Source: Felis catus
Taxonomy: Eukaryota
Reading direction: 5' to 3'
Assembly: GCF_018350175.1 (NCBI RefSeq)
Contig: NC_058373.1
Span: 110,362,001-110,426,000, forward strand
Length of the DNA: 64,000 nucleotides
The translations under genes and the position numbers were made by a program. Shown here in pieces: positions 11,851 to 25,401 of this stretch (the first letter of the stretch is position 1; every line of letters starts with the position of its first letter). The notes below the pieces were generated by a model. The model did not search any database and was not told the origin of the DNA. It saw only the letters and a program-made list of their open reading frames with translations.

Positions 11851-12775
11851 TGTCATGAGCATGGGTACAACTTTCCCACACACCAAAAAAAACTAAAATA
11901 TCTGAAAAATGCCTAGTTTCTATATTCCTACCATTATGTTTGTTTACTAAATTCAGTTGTCCATATTTTAAAAAGAAATATTAGTTAAGAGGTATGAGTA
12001 CATTTAAATTACTTGCTCCCAAGAAAAGTTATCTGAATTTCTTCTTATCCTTGGCTAATCAAACTAGAAGGAAGGCCTCTATCTATCTACAGATAACCAA
12101 ATCAAACTGTTTACTAAAAGAATTAAAAGCCTAAAATATAACTCATTGTGTTAGTACTCAGACATAAAGCAATAGGTATTATTTAAGATCAATTATACTC
12201 CCAGGGTAAAAAGGAACAACATGTTTGGTTTAAGAAAGCACCTGTCTGATCACACATCTCCTTTTTGTAGAGTATATGAGGAAACAGGTTAACATACAAA
12301 GTGAAAGGTTTTGAATCACACACTCAAATTTATTTGATCAACTTTCACTGACAAAGCCCTATATACTGAGCTCTGTACGGAGTCCTGGGGATTCCAGATC
12401 AATAAAATAAAGTCTTCAACCAGGAACTCACTGTTTTCTACCAAGGATATTTCTAGTGTCACGGCTTTTACACTGGAATCTAGGCAGTCACTCAGTGTGC
12501 CTCTGAGGAAGCGTGATAAAGAACTCTACCAAACAGGAGTGCTCCATATTAGAAAGTGGTAATATGGGCGCCTGTGTGGCTCAGTCAGCTAAGCGCCCGA
12601 CTCTTGATTTCAGCTCAGGTCATGATCTCATGGTTCATGAGATCGAACCCTGCATCAGGCTCTGTGCTGACAGTGGGAAGCTTGCTTGGGATTTTCTCTC
12701 TACTCCCTCTCTCTCTGCCCCTCCCCCACTTATGCATGCGTGCTCTTTCTCAAAATAAATAAACGTAAAAAAAAT
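11215..12775. mobile_element. CanSINEs at ~11215-11322(-), 11573-11782(+), 12567-12775(+)
   Basis: SINE consensus; TSDs AAATCCATTGGTTA and TAGAAAGTGGTAA. Confidence 0.88.
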
Positions 12776-13166
12776 AGAAAGTGGTAAATAGCCCCAGTGA
12801 AAAGATGTTGATGACAATGGTGATGACAATGACAACAATGATAATAACGGTAAATGATCAAAATGACAGCTCACAGCTACTGGAAGCTTCTATGTGTCAG
12901 ATGTTGTACAATGTATATAGATTATTTCATTCCAAAAACTTCCCTAGAGGGCAGGGGCTATTAGCATCTCCAAGATACAGGGGAGGAGCCAGGCACAAGA
13001 AGGCTCAAATAACTTGCCCAGGGTAGAAAACTAGAAAATAGTGAAAGCAGTTGTCTGAATCCAAAGCTGGCAGTTTTACTACTTTGTCCCACATCCCTAT
13101 CCAATCCCTGCCATGTGTATATACAGCAGATGAATAGAGAGATGGCATCTAAAGATACAGATTTAT

Positions 13167-13391
13167 GGGGCGCCTGGGTGGCGCAGTCAGTTAAGCGTCC
13201 GACTTCAGCCAGGTCACGATCTCGCGGCCCGTGAGTTCGAGCCCCGCGTCGGGCTCTGGGCTGATGGCTCAGAGCCTGGAGCCTGTTTCCGATTCTGTGT
13301 CTCCCTCTCTCTCTGCCCCTCCCCCGTTCATGCTCTGTCTCTCTCTGTCCCAAAAATAAATAAACGTTGAAAAAAAAATTAAAAAAAAAAA
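13167..13391 (+). mobile_element. Young felid-type CanSINE
   Basis: CpG-intact GGGGCGCCTGGGTGGCGCAGTC...TCAGCCAGGTCACGATCTCGCGG; perfect TSD AAAGATACAGATTTAT. Confidence 0.95.
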
Positions 13392-13929
13392 GATACAGAT
13401 TTATTCTCCCAACACAGGAATCTCTAGAGATCAAATGCATGGCCTTTTGGATTGTTTTCCGGGCTATTTACATTTCAGCATATCCTTACAGCAAAGCCTC
13501 ATCCCTGAAGTAAGTCTGGGTGAGCATCTTCCCACCATTTAAACAACCATATTAAAACCTCAATAGAAAACCCAAGATTGGTGAAGAAAACGGTGGTAAC
13601 AGAAAAGACAAAATTTCTGAATAAAAGGGAAATGGTGCAGGTGGAGTCCCTACTCCTCCAAGACTGGAAGGAAGGAAGAATATGGGTGGAGGGTTTATTG
13701 AGAGGACAGACAAGAAGAGTGCTGGAAAAGGAGGGAAGCATAGTTAAGAAAGTTCACTCCTAATGGTCCTTCTCTGTGGTCAGTAAAGGGCGATATATCC
13801 AGATGTTTGCACATCAACCCATCTCATCATGCAATCTCCAAAGATGATAAAATGTTTTCTCTTAGAGAGCCCTGCCCAATTTCTTTTTGGCCAAATTTAA
13901 TGACCTTTTCTCTGGTTTTCCTTTCCATG

Positions 13930-14508
13930 AAAGATTTTTCTTTCCAATTTTATTGCAATATAATTGACATACAACACTGTGTAAGTTTAAGGTATGCAGC
14001 ATAATGGTTTGGCTTATGTATATTGTGAAATGACCACCCCAGTGAGTTTAGTCAGCATCTATCATTTCATATACATGCAATAAAGAGGGAAAGTTAAAAG
14101 AAAAAAAAGGAAAAAAGGAAAAAGATTTCTTTTTTCTTTCAGAACTCTTAGGACTTACTCTCTTAGTAACTTTCATATCTATCATACAGCAGTGTTAATG
14201 ACAGCATGCTGTACATTATGTCAGAAAACTTATCTTGTAAATGGAAGTTTGTACCCTTGGTCACTTTTCTCTAATTCCCTCTCCCCCAACACCCTGCCTC
14301 TGGTAACCACAAATCCGATCTCTTTTCCTATGAGTTTGGGTTTTGTTTTTGTTTTTGTTTTAGATTCCAATGTAAGTGAGATCAAACAGTATTTGTCTTT
14401 CTCTAACTTACTTCGCTTAGCATGTGCCCTCAAGGTTCATCCAAGTTGTCACAAATGACAAGATTTCTTTGTGGGCTTTTTTTTAATGGCTGGATGCTAT
14501 TCCATTTT

Positions 14509-14548
<40 letters not shown>

Positions 14549-14720
14549 CACACACCAACTTCTTTATCCATTCATCTGGCAATGGACACTTAGGTTATTT
14601 CCATGCTTTGGCTATTATAAATAATGCTGCTATATGCTAACTTGGATATAAATTTTATAAATAAATAAACAAATAAGTAATGCTGCTGTGACATGGGGTT
14701 GCAGATATCTTTTGAGTTGG
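13930..14720 (-). mobile_element. L1 3'UTR fragment
   Basis: TATAATTGACATACAACACTGT, GGAAGTTTGTACC, TTAGATTCCA..GTAAGTGAGATCA motifs shared with the L1 at 24.5-27.2 kb. Confidence 0.8.
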
Positions 14721-16167
14721 TATCATGAAAGATTTTTTTAAGTTTATTTATTTTGTGAGAGAGAGAAAGCGCAAGTTGAGGAGGAACAGAGAGAGGGGGG
14801 AGAGAGAGAGAGACAGAGAGAGAGAATTTCAAGCAGGCTTCATAGTGCAGACCTGACACGGGGCTCGAACTCACAAACTGAGATCATGACCTGAGCCCAA
14901 GTTGAACGCTTAACCAACTGAGCCACCCAAGCGCCCCAGAAAGATGTTTTAAAGTACATCTCTGTACTCTGCCTTGCAAGACCGTATTGTATCAAAACTC
15001 CTCATAACTTATATGAGCTTTTCAAAGAGGGAGGGGAAAGGAAGGAAAACTAAAATGTAGTGCCAAACACTGTGCTAGGTCTTTATATTTTTTTTTCATA
15101 TGTATTCCTCACAAAACTCAGTGAAGCAGATATCTTCTTTTCAGAGATAAGAAAACCAAGGGCCAGAAACGTTAAGTTTGAGCATAGTCACAGATAGCAA
15201 GAAATAAGACAAAAAAGGAAATTCAACCTTCGGGAGTCCTGTCCTCTTGTTCTCCCACCGCATACACCGCCCCCTGCAGGCAGATTATCATGTGCTCCTG
15301 CCCTGGTCCCAAACCACCAGGGCTACACCTGTCCAACAGATCGTAGTAGAATAAAAGTGTTCTTATCCTGACTAAATTGTAAATAGCTTTTTAAAAAATA
15401 CACACCTTAAAATGTTAACTTAAAATATGAAACACTTAATTTGTAATCTTTTGTCAGAGGACCAAATCTTTCTCCTTAAGCACATCTGCCAATTAAATCA
15501 CAAGTAACTTTCCTACATAAACCATATCCACGATGCACAGCCTCTGAATTTTCAATTTCCACTTCTTTACAACGGAGCAAGAACTTAGGCACTCATAAAG
15601 CAATCCAAATTCAGAATTTTTCTAGGTTTATGATTCCTCCTCCGCCACAATCTCATTCATACCTAACTCAATAGCTACTAGTCTTTTACAGTTGTTGTTG
15701 TTGCTGTTTTACTGTAAGTGCTACACCCAATGTGGGGCTTGAACTTACGACCCTGAGATCAAGAGTCACATGCTCTACCATCTGAGCCAGCCTGGTGTCC
15801 CTCCTTTACAGTTGTATTCAAAGCTTTCACAGAAATGATATCTTTTCCTACTCATATTTTATGTTTGTATAAATTCTAATTAAATTACATAATTTGTTAC
15901 AATGAGTTACAATGAGTAGAAATAAGTTTTGGAAAAAGTCTACTGGTTACTGATAAGGCTATAACTAAAGTGGTGAGAACACAAATGCTTGAATGTTTTA
16001 AAGAGTAACCAATACACACGGAGAGGTCATGGGCATTGGCAGGGTGTTTTACAAAGAAAACAGGAAACATCAGTGATTATAAAGCCAGAGAAGTGTGATC
16101 AAATAAGAGGACTTCTGCTATACTATAATATAGCCAGATGAGGTGCCTTATCTGTTACATACATAAA

Positions 16168-17373
16168 GAAAAAGAAAAAGCAATCCCTATCAAAATATTA
16201 TCAGCATTCCTCACAGAGCTAAAACAAACAATTCTTCAATTTGTATGGAACCAGAAGAGACCCCGAATAGCCAAAGCAATCTTGAAAAAGAAAACTGAAG
16301 CTGGAGGCATCACACTCCCAGACTTCAGGATGTATTACAAAGCTGTAATCATCAAGACAGTGTGGTACTGGCACAAAAACAGACACTCAGATCAATGGAA
16401 CAGAACAGAGAAGCCAGAAATGGATCCACAAACGTATGACCAACTAATCTTGGACAAAGCAGGAAAGAATATCCAATGGAATAAAGACAGTCTCTTCAGC
16501 AAATGGTGCTGGGAAAACTGGACAGCGACATGCAGAAGAATGAACCTGGACCACTTTCTTATACCATACACAAAAATAAACTCAAAATGGATGAAAGACC
16601 TCAATGTAAGACAGGAAGCCATCAAAATCCTAGGGGAGAAAGCAGACAAAAACCTCTTTGACCTCAGCTGCAGCAACTTCTTACTCAACATATCTCCAGA
16701 GGCAAGGGAAACAAAAGCAAAAATGAACTATTGGGACCTCATCAAAATAAAAAGCTTCTGCACAGCAAAGGAAACAATCAGCAAAACTAAAAGGCAACAA
16801 TGGAATGGAAGAAGATATTTGCAAAGGACTATCAGATAAAGGGTTAGTATCCAAAATCTATAAAGAACTTATCAAACTCAACACCCAAAAAACAAATAAT
16901 CCAGTGAAGAAATGGGCAAAAGACATGAATAGACACTTCTCCAAAGAAGACATCCAGATGGCGAACAGACACATAAAATGCTCAACACCACTCATCATCA
17001 GGGAAATAGAAATCAAAACCACAATGAGATACCACCTCATACCTGTCAGAATAGCTAACATTAGCAACTCAAGCAACAAGAGATGTTGGCAAGGATGCAG
17101 AGAAAGAAGATCTCTTTTGCACTGCTGGTGGGAATGCAAACTGGTACAGCCACTCTGGAAAACAGTATGGAGGTTCCTCAAAAAATTAAAAATAGCACTA
17201 CCCTATGACCCAGCAATTGCACTACTAGGCATTTATCCAAGGGATACAGGTGTGCTGTTTCGAAGGGACACATGCACCCCCATGTTTGTAGCAGTACTGT
17301 TGGCAATAGCCAAAGTATGGAAAGAGCCCAAATGTCCATCGACAGATGAACAGATAAAGAAGATGTGGTATAT

Positions 17374-17443
<70 letters not shown>

Positions 17444-17810
17444 ACACACACATAATAGAGTATTACTTGGCAATCAAAAAGAATGAAATCTTGCCATTTG
17501 CAACTATGTGGATGGAACTGAAGGGTATTATGCTGTGAAATTAGTCACAGAAGGACAAATATCATATGACTTCACTCATATGAGGAATTTAAGATACTAA
17601 GCAGATGAACATAAGGGAAGGGAAGCAAAAAGAATATAAAAACAGGGAGGGGGACATAAGAGACTCTTAAACATAGAGAACAGAGGGTTACTGGAGGGGT
17701 TGTGGTAGGAGGGGATGGGCTAAGTGGGTAAGGGGCATTAAGGAATCTACTCCTGAAATCATTATTGCACACTATATGCTAACTAAATTGGAAGTGAATT
17801 AAATGATAAA
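16168..17810 (+). mobile_element. 5'-truncated carnivore/felid L1: ORF2 C-terminus and 3'UTR, frameshifted
   Basis: ORFs 16138-16839 and 16805-17455 give ORF2 motifs ([46 protein letters not shown]); (TA)n/(TG)n expansion at 17370-17450. Confidence 0.95.
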
Positions 17811-17811
17811 T

Positions 17812-18300
17812 TTATACACACACACACACACACACACATATACATTTATACATGTATATATAAATGTGTATATATATATATTTATACATATATAAATGTA
17901 TATATACATATATACATTTATATATATACATATATACATAATGTATACATATATACAATGTATATATACAATGTATATATATACAATGTATACATATATA
18001 CATTTATATATATATAAAAGTCTATGTAAAAGATGAGAAATTATAAATATTATATATTATAATATTATATATATTATATATATTATAAATATATAAATAT
18101 ATAAATATATATAAATATATAATAAATATATAATATATAATAATATATATTATATATAATATATATAATATATATTATATAATATATATTATATATATAA
18201 TAATATATAAATATATAATAAATATATAAATAAATATATAAATAATTATATATATAAATATATAAATATTATATGTATTATATATATTATAAATATTGAA
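17812..18300. repeat. Compound (CA)n/(TA)-rich low-complexity tract at the L1 3' end
   Basis: ~490 bp, nearly pure A/T from 18040. Confidence 0.95.
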
Positions 18301-19238
18301 ATTAAAGGTTCTATATCATAGCAAATACAAAAAAAGAGAGAATATTCAAAAGGCAGAGCTCCTAAGCGACTGTCAGGGTGAAAAGAGACTTTTGTTTTAA
18401 ATTTTTTAAATAGAGAAATTACAACTAACCACAGGCAAAATACTGACTAGAGAATAACAGGAAAACTCGGGCAGAGCTGCTGTGAGTACATATACATGCA
18501 AGTGTGTACAGACAGGGAATCAAAAGTTAGCCAGGTGGAGAGAGCAGGAGGTACGCATTACTGTCAGATGTTATACTAATGTGCCCATTTCTCTTTCTTC
18601 TTCATGTACGTATACATGTATGTGTGCATACACACACATACGTATGTTTATACGCATATATGCATACATAGATATCATACAACAGAATCTACATTCTGTG
18701 TGCTTTCCATGGTTCTATCATGTTTCTGACACCTATATGTACCTTTTCTAGAAAGCTGATACAGGGCTAGGCATGAATCTTTCCCATAGCTCTCCAAGTA
18801 ACCCACAAGATATTCTACTTTTCTGTCACAGCTTTGACTGTGGACATTTATCTGAACTTCATCCTTAGACTTTGCAAGGCCTCGGGCAGATGGTCATCCA
18901 GCCCATTTGAGCACTTTGGTTTCTAGAGCTCCCTAAACCCAGCAGCAGTCTACTATGTTGTCAGACCACCTGAGCTGTAGAAAGTTCTTCCCTATATTGG
19001 GCCAAAATGTGCCTCCTGTGACTCGTTCCTGTTCACCTCAGCTTTGTCCTCTGCAGCTACAGGGAATACATCAATGCCCCCTCCAATGTGGCAGCGTACA
19101 AATACTTGATGATAATTACCAAGTCCTAACTCTCCTCCCATCCAGGCTACACGTCCCCAGTTCCCCCACCTGTCCTGTTTGAAAGAGCCATCGGCACACC
19201 CCCCATACGATGAAATGAAACAGGAAGCGAACACTCAC

Positions 19239-19355
19239 CACACTTCACCATGCCGACCTCATAGCACTTCCGAAGTCGGCAGGCCTGGCAGCTTTTGCGC
19301 CTGTTCTTATCTATCGTGCACTGATTTGTCGCTGGGCAAATATAATCGTTATGTC
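19239..19355 (-). CDS. ESR2: ESR2 coding exon, second zinc finger ([38 protein letters not shown])
   Basis: 117 nt; acceptor TTGTAG|, donor GTG|GTGAGT. Confidence 0.98.
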
Positions 19356-19647
19356 CTACAACGGAGGAAAAAACAAAACAAAACAAAACAAAAAAGGCAG
19401 GCTATTGTTACAATATTTTGATTACATGTCTTCCTGGTCAACAACACTGATAATGCTACCCGGCTGAGAGGTAGGGGGCATCTTCTTAACAATAGGTATA
19501 GGTACAAAGGCCAAAGTTCAGTGTCATAAGCACCTTATTAGTATAGAAAATCCAGGAATATCTCCATATCCTACTCTTTGACCAATAGGCTATTCTCTGC
19601 ATGTTCTTAGAATTCTCAAGAGATACATTAGAAATATTCTCCTTTGG

Positions 19648-19714
19648 TTTCAATTAGCAATAATCGTGCCTCGGATAAACCTCATTGGCTACAATTCTGC
19701 CACTGCGCAAAGCT
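19648..19714 (-). pseudogene. RNU4: U4 snRNA 3'-truncated (tailless) retropseudogene, nt 1-67
   Basis: Minus strand AGCTTTGCGCAGTGGCAGAATTGTAGCCAATGAGGTTTATCCGAGGCACGATTATTGCTAATTGAAA; flanked by identical GAAATATTCTCCTTTGG at 19631-19647 and 19715-19731. Confidence 0.95.
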
Positions 19715-19867
19715 GAAATATTCTCCTTTGGACATGGAAAGTAAGACAGTCGTCTGAAATTGGTTCTGCAAATCACAGAACACCTCAAGGATAGTACTTG
19801 TGTATCAGGTCACCAAATTCAATTGCTTACATTCTTTTATACATATCCCTCTTTGGGATTTAACATG

Positions 19868-22330
19868 ATTTTTTTTTTTACTTTTTAAAATGTTTATTTA
19901 TTTTTGAGACAGCGTGTGAGAGGGGGAGGGGCAGAGAGAGAGAGGGAGACACAGAATCCAAAGCAGGCTCCAGGTTCTGAGTTATTCGCACAGAGCCGGA
20001 CCCAGAACTCAAACCCACAAGCTGTGAGATCATGACCTGAGCCAAAGTCAGCCGCTCAACCCACTGAGCCACCCAGGCGCCCCTTATGGGAATTCATAGT
20101 CAAATAAGAGGGCGAAACTAATCACTAAGGGGATAATGAAATGAGCAAACTGAAGAACCAAAAGAACCGCCCCTTGAGGCTGGCTGTGGTTATTGTTCTC
20201 AGTTGCCACTGCCTCCCGCGGCCCTGTGACCCTGCAGTGCACTAGAGCAGCCAAAGTGTGCTCGCCTACCAACTGACGTTGAGTGTGGCCGTGAAACTTG
20301 CTTTAGCCAATAGTATGTAAGTAGATGGGATATTCCAACAGTCTGGCTTGGCCGCTGGAGCCAAGAAGAGGCCCTTTGAAAAAAAGGAAATGCCTCGGGT
20401 AGTTGCTGGTCCAAGGAGAATAAGGAAATGTGCAGACTGAACTCCACCCAGAGTTCAGAGCTGAGCCTTGTGAAACAGATGCACCCTACCCGACCCCTAG
20501 AGCAAAAAGACATTGTTCCATGATTGCACCAAAATCGAATTTTATAATTCTCTCCCACTTTACGTAGATTCCAGTAACACTTGTTCAACCAAACACAAAT
20601 TGAAATTCAGTTGTCTGTGGCTTTACCGCCATTTCCTGAGCCAGCCTGGGGTAGCAGCAACGGCAGAGACTACAGCTCTCGAAGAGATGCAAACGCCCTC
20701 TCAAGCGACCTTCATCCCGGCCACACACAGCAAGCCTGGCTCACCAACACTCTGACAACGTACTGATTCCCAGATACTTTATCAACATTTCATTGAATCC
20801 CATAACTTCCCTATAAAGAGCTATCATCCCCATTCTATAAAAGAAAACATGTAACTTCAGTCGAATCATCTTAAGGTTATGGTTTTAGTATTCTGTGATG
20901 CGTAATAAATTTCTACAAACTTACACACTTAAAACCAAACCCACTTATCTCGTTTCCACGAGTCAAGAATCCAGGCACAGCTTACTCTAGTCAGGGTTTC
21001 AAAAGGCTGCAATCAAGGTGTTGGCTGGGCTGTGGTTTCATATGAAGCTCAGCATTCCCTTCCAAGCTCATATAAGGTGTTTGCAGAATCAGCCATTTGC
21101 AGCTGTGGGGCTGAAGTTCTCATTTTTTTGCTGGCTGTCAGCAGGATGCTGTTGCCAACTCATAGAGGAACCAGTTCCCTGTCCAAAAGCAGTTCACAGC
21201 ACGATGTCTGCTTTCTTCCAGGCCAGGGGGGGCACATCTCTGACTTCCCATGTGTCTCTCCACTCCAGTATGATGGAGTCTTACATAATTATAGCATAAT
21301 CACGAGACTCCCCCATCACCACTTGCCACATCAGGTAACCTAACCAAGGAAGCAACTCTCATATTTACAGGTTCCACACACACGCAAGAGTAGGAGGCAA
21401 TATATGAGGTATGGTATAAATCTTTTTTAAAGGAACAGATAATTACTTGTTATTGCTTTTATGATCACTTAAAACATTCAAAAATAAATTATATTTTAAA
21501 AGTCAAGATACATTCCCAATTAGAAATTTTCAATTGTCCGCTAAAACATAATCTTTTATGGCTAGAAGGTAAATGTAACCACACAGTACTTTCTATAGAG
21601 GTATCAATCTTTTAAGGACCTTCTAAAAACTCAAAGAATAACACATGATGTTATCCTTTTTGGATTTATAGAGGTTTATAACAGTAAGCATTTAAGGGAC
21701 AATGAAAGGTTCACTTTTTTACCTCATTTTAAAAGACCATTTTACTTAAAAACAATGAGAAAGCATAGTAATATGAACACACTAAATAAAAATAGCCTTG
21801 GGGCGCCTGGGTGGCTCAGTCGGTTAAACGTCCGACTTCGGCTCAGGTCATGATCTCACGGTCCGTGAGTTCGAGCCCCGCATCGGGCTCTGGGCTGATG
21901 GCTCAGAGCCTGGTGCCTGCTTCCGATTCTGTGTCTCCCTCTCTCTCTGCCCCTCCCCCGTTCATGCTCTGTCTCTCTCTGTCTCAAAAATAAATAAAAC
22001 GTTCAAAAAAAAATAGCCTAGAAAATGTCTTATACAAGAAGGCCAGGGTAATTGAATTCACTTCTGGCAAAAAAGGGAAAAAAAAGTCCTTAAACTATAC
22101 GAACTACCTCATGTATTAAAATGGTTTTCTCAGGGCGCCTGGATGGCTCAGTTGGTTGAGCGTCCAACTCTTGATTTCAGCTCAGGTCATGATCTCACGG
22201 TCATGACATTGAGCCCTGCATCAGACTCCGTGCTGAGTGTGGAGCCTGCTTAAGATTCTCTCTCTCCCTTTCCCTCTAACCCTCTCCCCCACTCACGTTC
22301 TCTTTCCCTCTCCAACAAAACTAAATAAAA
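19868..22330. mobile_element. CanSINEs at ~19868-20063(-), 21800-22012(+), 22133-22330(+)
   Basis: SINE consensus. Confidence 0.88.
20880..21400 (-). mobile_element. MLT1-type MaLR LTR
   Basis: CAAGAATCCAGGCACAGCTTA...AGGCTGCAATCAAGGTGTTGGCTGGGCTG...TTCCAAGCTCA. Confidence 0.7.
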
Positions 22331-22899
22331 TGTTTTTCTTGTTTCATGCAACAGAACTGACAGAAAAGTTCAAAGCAGAACAGGTAGCTAATTCTTAAAG
22401 ATATAAAGCTTTATAGCAAAATGTGCTTTTTATAATCTGTATACAGATAAAAGGTTATCTGTATACTCTACAAAATTATTGAGTCTGAATACCTGTCATC
22501 ATTCATATCCATAGCACAGAGGGGAGAGACAGCACTGGACTGAGATCAGAAGATCTGAGTTTAAGCTCAGTTCAGCTTCCCGATTTTGTCATTTCAACGA
22601 TAGAGCAATGTTTATCATCCGCACCCTCCCTGGCACGCTTATCCCTCAACAGCAGGAATCAACCTTGTGTTTTGTTCCCTCAGGACATCCTTTGTGGCTT
22701 CAAGGCCAAATGAATCCCAAGTAATGGAATATGTGCCTCCAAGATAAGGAATCTGCTGTATAACCTACCAGCTGTCAGAGCTTCCCATTGAAAGCTCAGA
22801 CTCCAAAGTTGTAAGAAACAAAGAATTTAAGATCTTTGAGCAGCACTCAAAAAGATTTTAACTTTCAAAAGACAATGATAAAAGGTTCATATGAATACC

Positions 22900-24400
22900 A
22901 AAATGAAAGTGAATAGAATAGTATTACTATTATACATGGACATAAAAGAAATAGCCCAAAAGAATGAAATTTACAGAAATACCTCTGAGAAATGTATTAT
23001 ATATGTGTGTGTGTAACAAAACTGTATACGAGATATAAAAGACCTAAATAAATGGAGACATGTTCTTGATGTGAAGACTATTAAGAAGATTTATTCCAAA
23101 ATAATTCTTAGGTTTAACAAAGTCTCCACTTTTCTTAACATTATGGATGGGAGGACACTTAATAAAATTATTTTAATATTCCTATGTATGAATAAACCAA
23201 GGAAAATAGCCAGAATACTTTTAAAACAGGAGATATTTATACTGGCTTGTATTAAAATGCATTATAAAATTATACTAAAAAAAAGAAAACTATAATAGTT
23301 AAAATAATGTGGTGGTACTTCTATAAGAATGAAGCACTAGACAATAGAACAGAATAAAACATTAGTATATAAAAGACCTTAATAGGTCATAGAGAGAAAA
23401 AAAATCAATGAACACATGAAAAGATGCTCAAAATCATTACTAATCAGGGAAACACAAATTAAAACCACAATGAGACACAACTGTATACCCAATAGCTGAC
23501 AATATCAAGTTTTTACAAGGATGTAGACCAACTGGAAGTCTCATAGTCTGTTGTTGAGAATACAAAATGTTTCAACCACTTTGGAAAGCAGTTTGTTAGG
23601 TTCTTATAAAATTAAACATACACTCATCATACAAGCAGCAATTCTACTCCTAGGTATTTACCCAAGAGAAACAAAAACTTAGGTCTAGAGAAAGGAAGAT
23701 GCATGAATATTCACTGAAGTTTCATTCAAAATAGCCTAATACTAGAAACAACCCAGATGAATACACAACCCGTGGTACATCTAAATACTGGAATAATCCC
23801 CAGTAACAAAGAGGAATGAACTACTGTACATGAAACACAGATAAATCCTAAAAGCATCATGATAAATGAAAGAAATGATACACAGATGATTATATACTTT
23901 ACGATTCAATTATAGGGCATTCTAGCAAAAGGCAAAACTATAGGGACAGAAAATAGATCGATGGTTACAGGGCCTTGGGAGGTTGGGGGACAATTGGCCG
24001 CAATGGGCCTAAGGGAACTTTTTGGGCTGATGGCAACATTCCATATCTTTTTTTTTTTTTTTAATTTTTTTTTCAACGTTTATTTATTTTTGGGACAGAG
24101 AGAGACAGAGCATGAACGGGGGAGGGGCAGAGAGAGAGGGAGACACAGAATCGGAAACAGGCTCCAGGCTCTGAGCCATCAGCCCAGAGCCTGACGCAGG
24201 GCTCGAACTCACAGACCGCGAGATGGTGACCTGGCTGAAGTCGGACACTTAACCGACTGCGCCACCCAACCAGGCACCCCAACATTCCATATCTTAATTA
24301 TGGTGGTGGTTAAATGACCACATGCATTTTCAAAATTCATAAAACTATACAAATAAAATAGGGGAATTTTATTATATGTAAATTGTATCTCAAATTCAAC
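22900..24400 (+). mobile_element. Old L1M-type ORF2 end and 3'UTR with nested young SINE (24048-24280, minus)
   Basis: Degenerate L1 motifs (GACCTAAATAAATGGAGA, AAAAGATGCTCAA, CTAGGTATTTACCCAAGAGAA). Confidence 0.75.
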
Positions 24401-24499
24401 TAAAAAAATAACCTCCCATATTTAAAAAAATCAATGAAAATAAAGTTATTTAATAAAACAATGTGAAGAAAATTGACTAAGATAAATACGTTTAATTTT

Positions 24500-25358
24500 T
24501 TTCCTTTTTTTAGCTTATTTTATTGAAGTATAATTAACATACAATGCTATATTAGTTTCAGGTGTATAACTTTTTTTTTTTTCCAACTGGAAGACTGGTT
24601 TATTTGGGAATAAAAGAGAATTAGAATCCAGAACAAACAAGCTGTGGTAAGACCACAGGCATGGCTGGGAAACAAAAGCTCAAGTGTATAACATTTTGAT
24701 TCAACAATTCTATACATTACTCAGTGCCCGCCATGTAAGTGTAGTCACCATCTGTCACCTTACAACATTATTACAGTGTTACTAATTATATTCCCTATGC
24801 TATATTTTTCACCTGTGACTACTTTATTTTAAAATGATCTTTTTTTTTTACGTTTCTTTATTTTGAGAGAGAGAGAAAGAGAGAGCATAAGCAGGGGAGG
24901 GGCAGAGAGAGAGGAGAGAGAGAGGATCCCAAGCAGGCTCCACACTGCCAGCACAGAGCCTGACATGGGGCTCAAACTCATGAACCATGAGATCAAGAGT
25001 CGGATGCTTAACAGAGTCACCCAGGCACCCCATCTGTGACTATTTTATAACTGGAAGTTTGTACCTCTTAATTCCCTTTATTTCACCCATCCCCCACTAC
25101 ACCCCCTTCTGGTAACCACCAGTTTGTTCTCTGTATTTGAAAGTCTGGTTTTTTGTTTCTTTGCTCATTTGTTTTATTTTTAGATTCTACATGTAAGTGA
25201 AATCACATGGTATTTACCTTTCTATGTCTGACTTATTTCATTTCATTTAGCATTATACCTTCTAGATCCATCCATGTTGTCACAAATAGCAACATCTCAT
25301 CCTTTTTAATGGCTGAGCAATATTTCTCTCTCCCTCTCTCTCTCTCTCTTTGTCTCTC

Positions 25359-25401
<43 letters not shown>

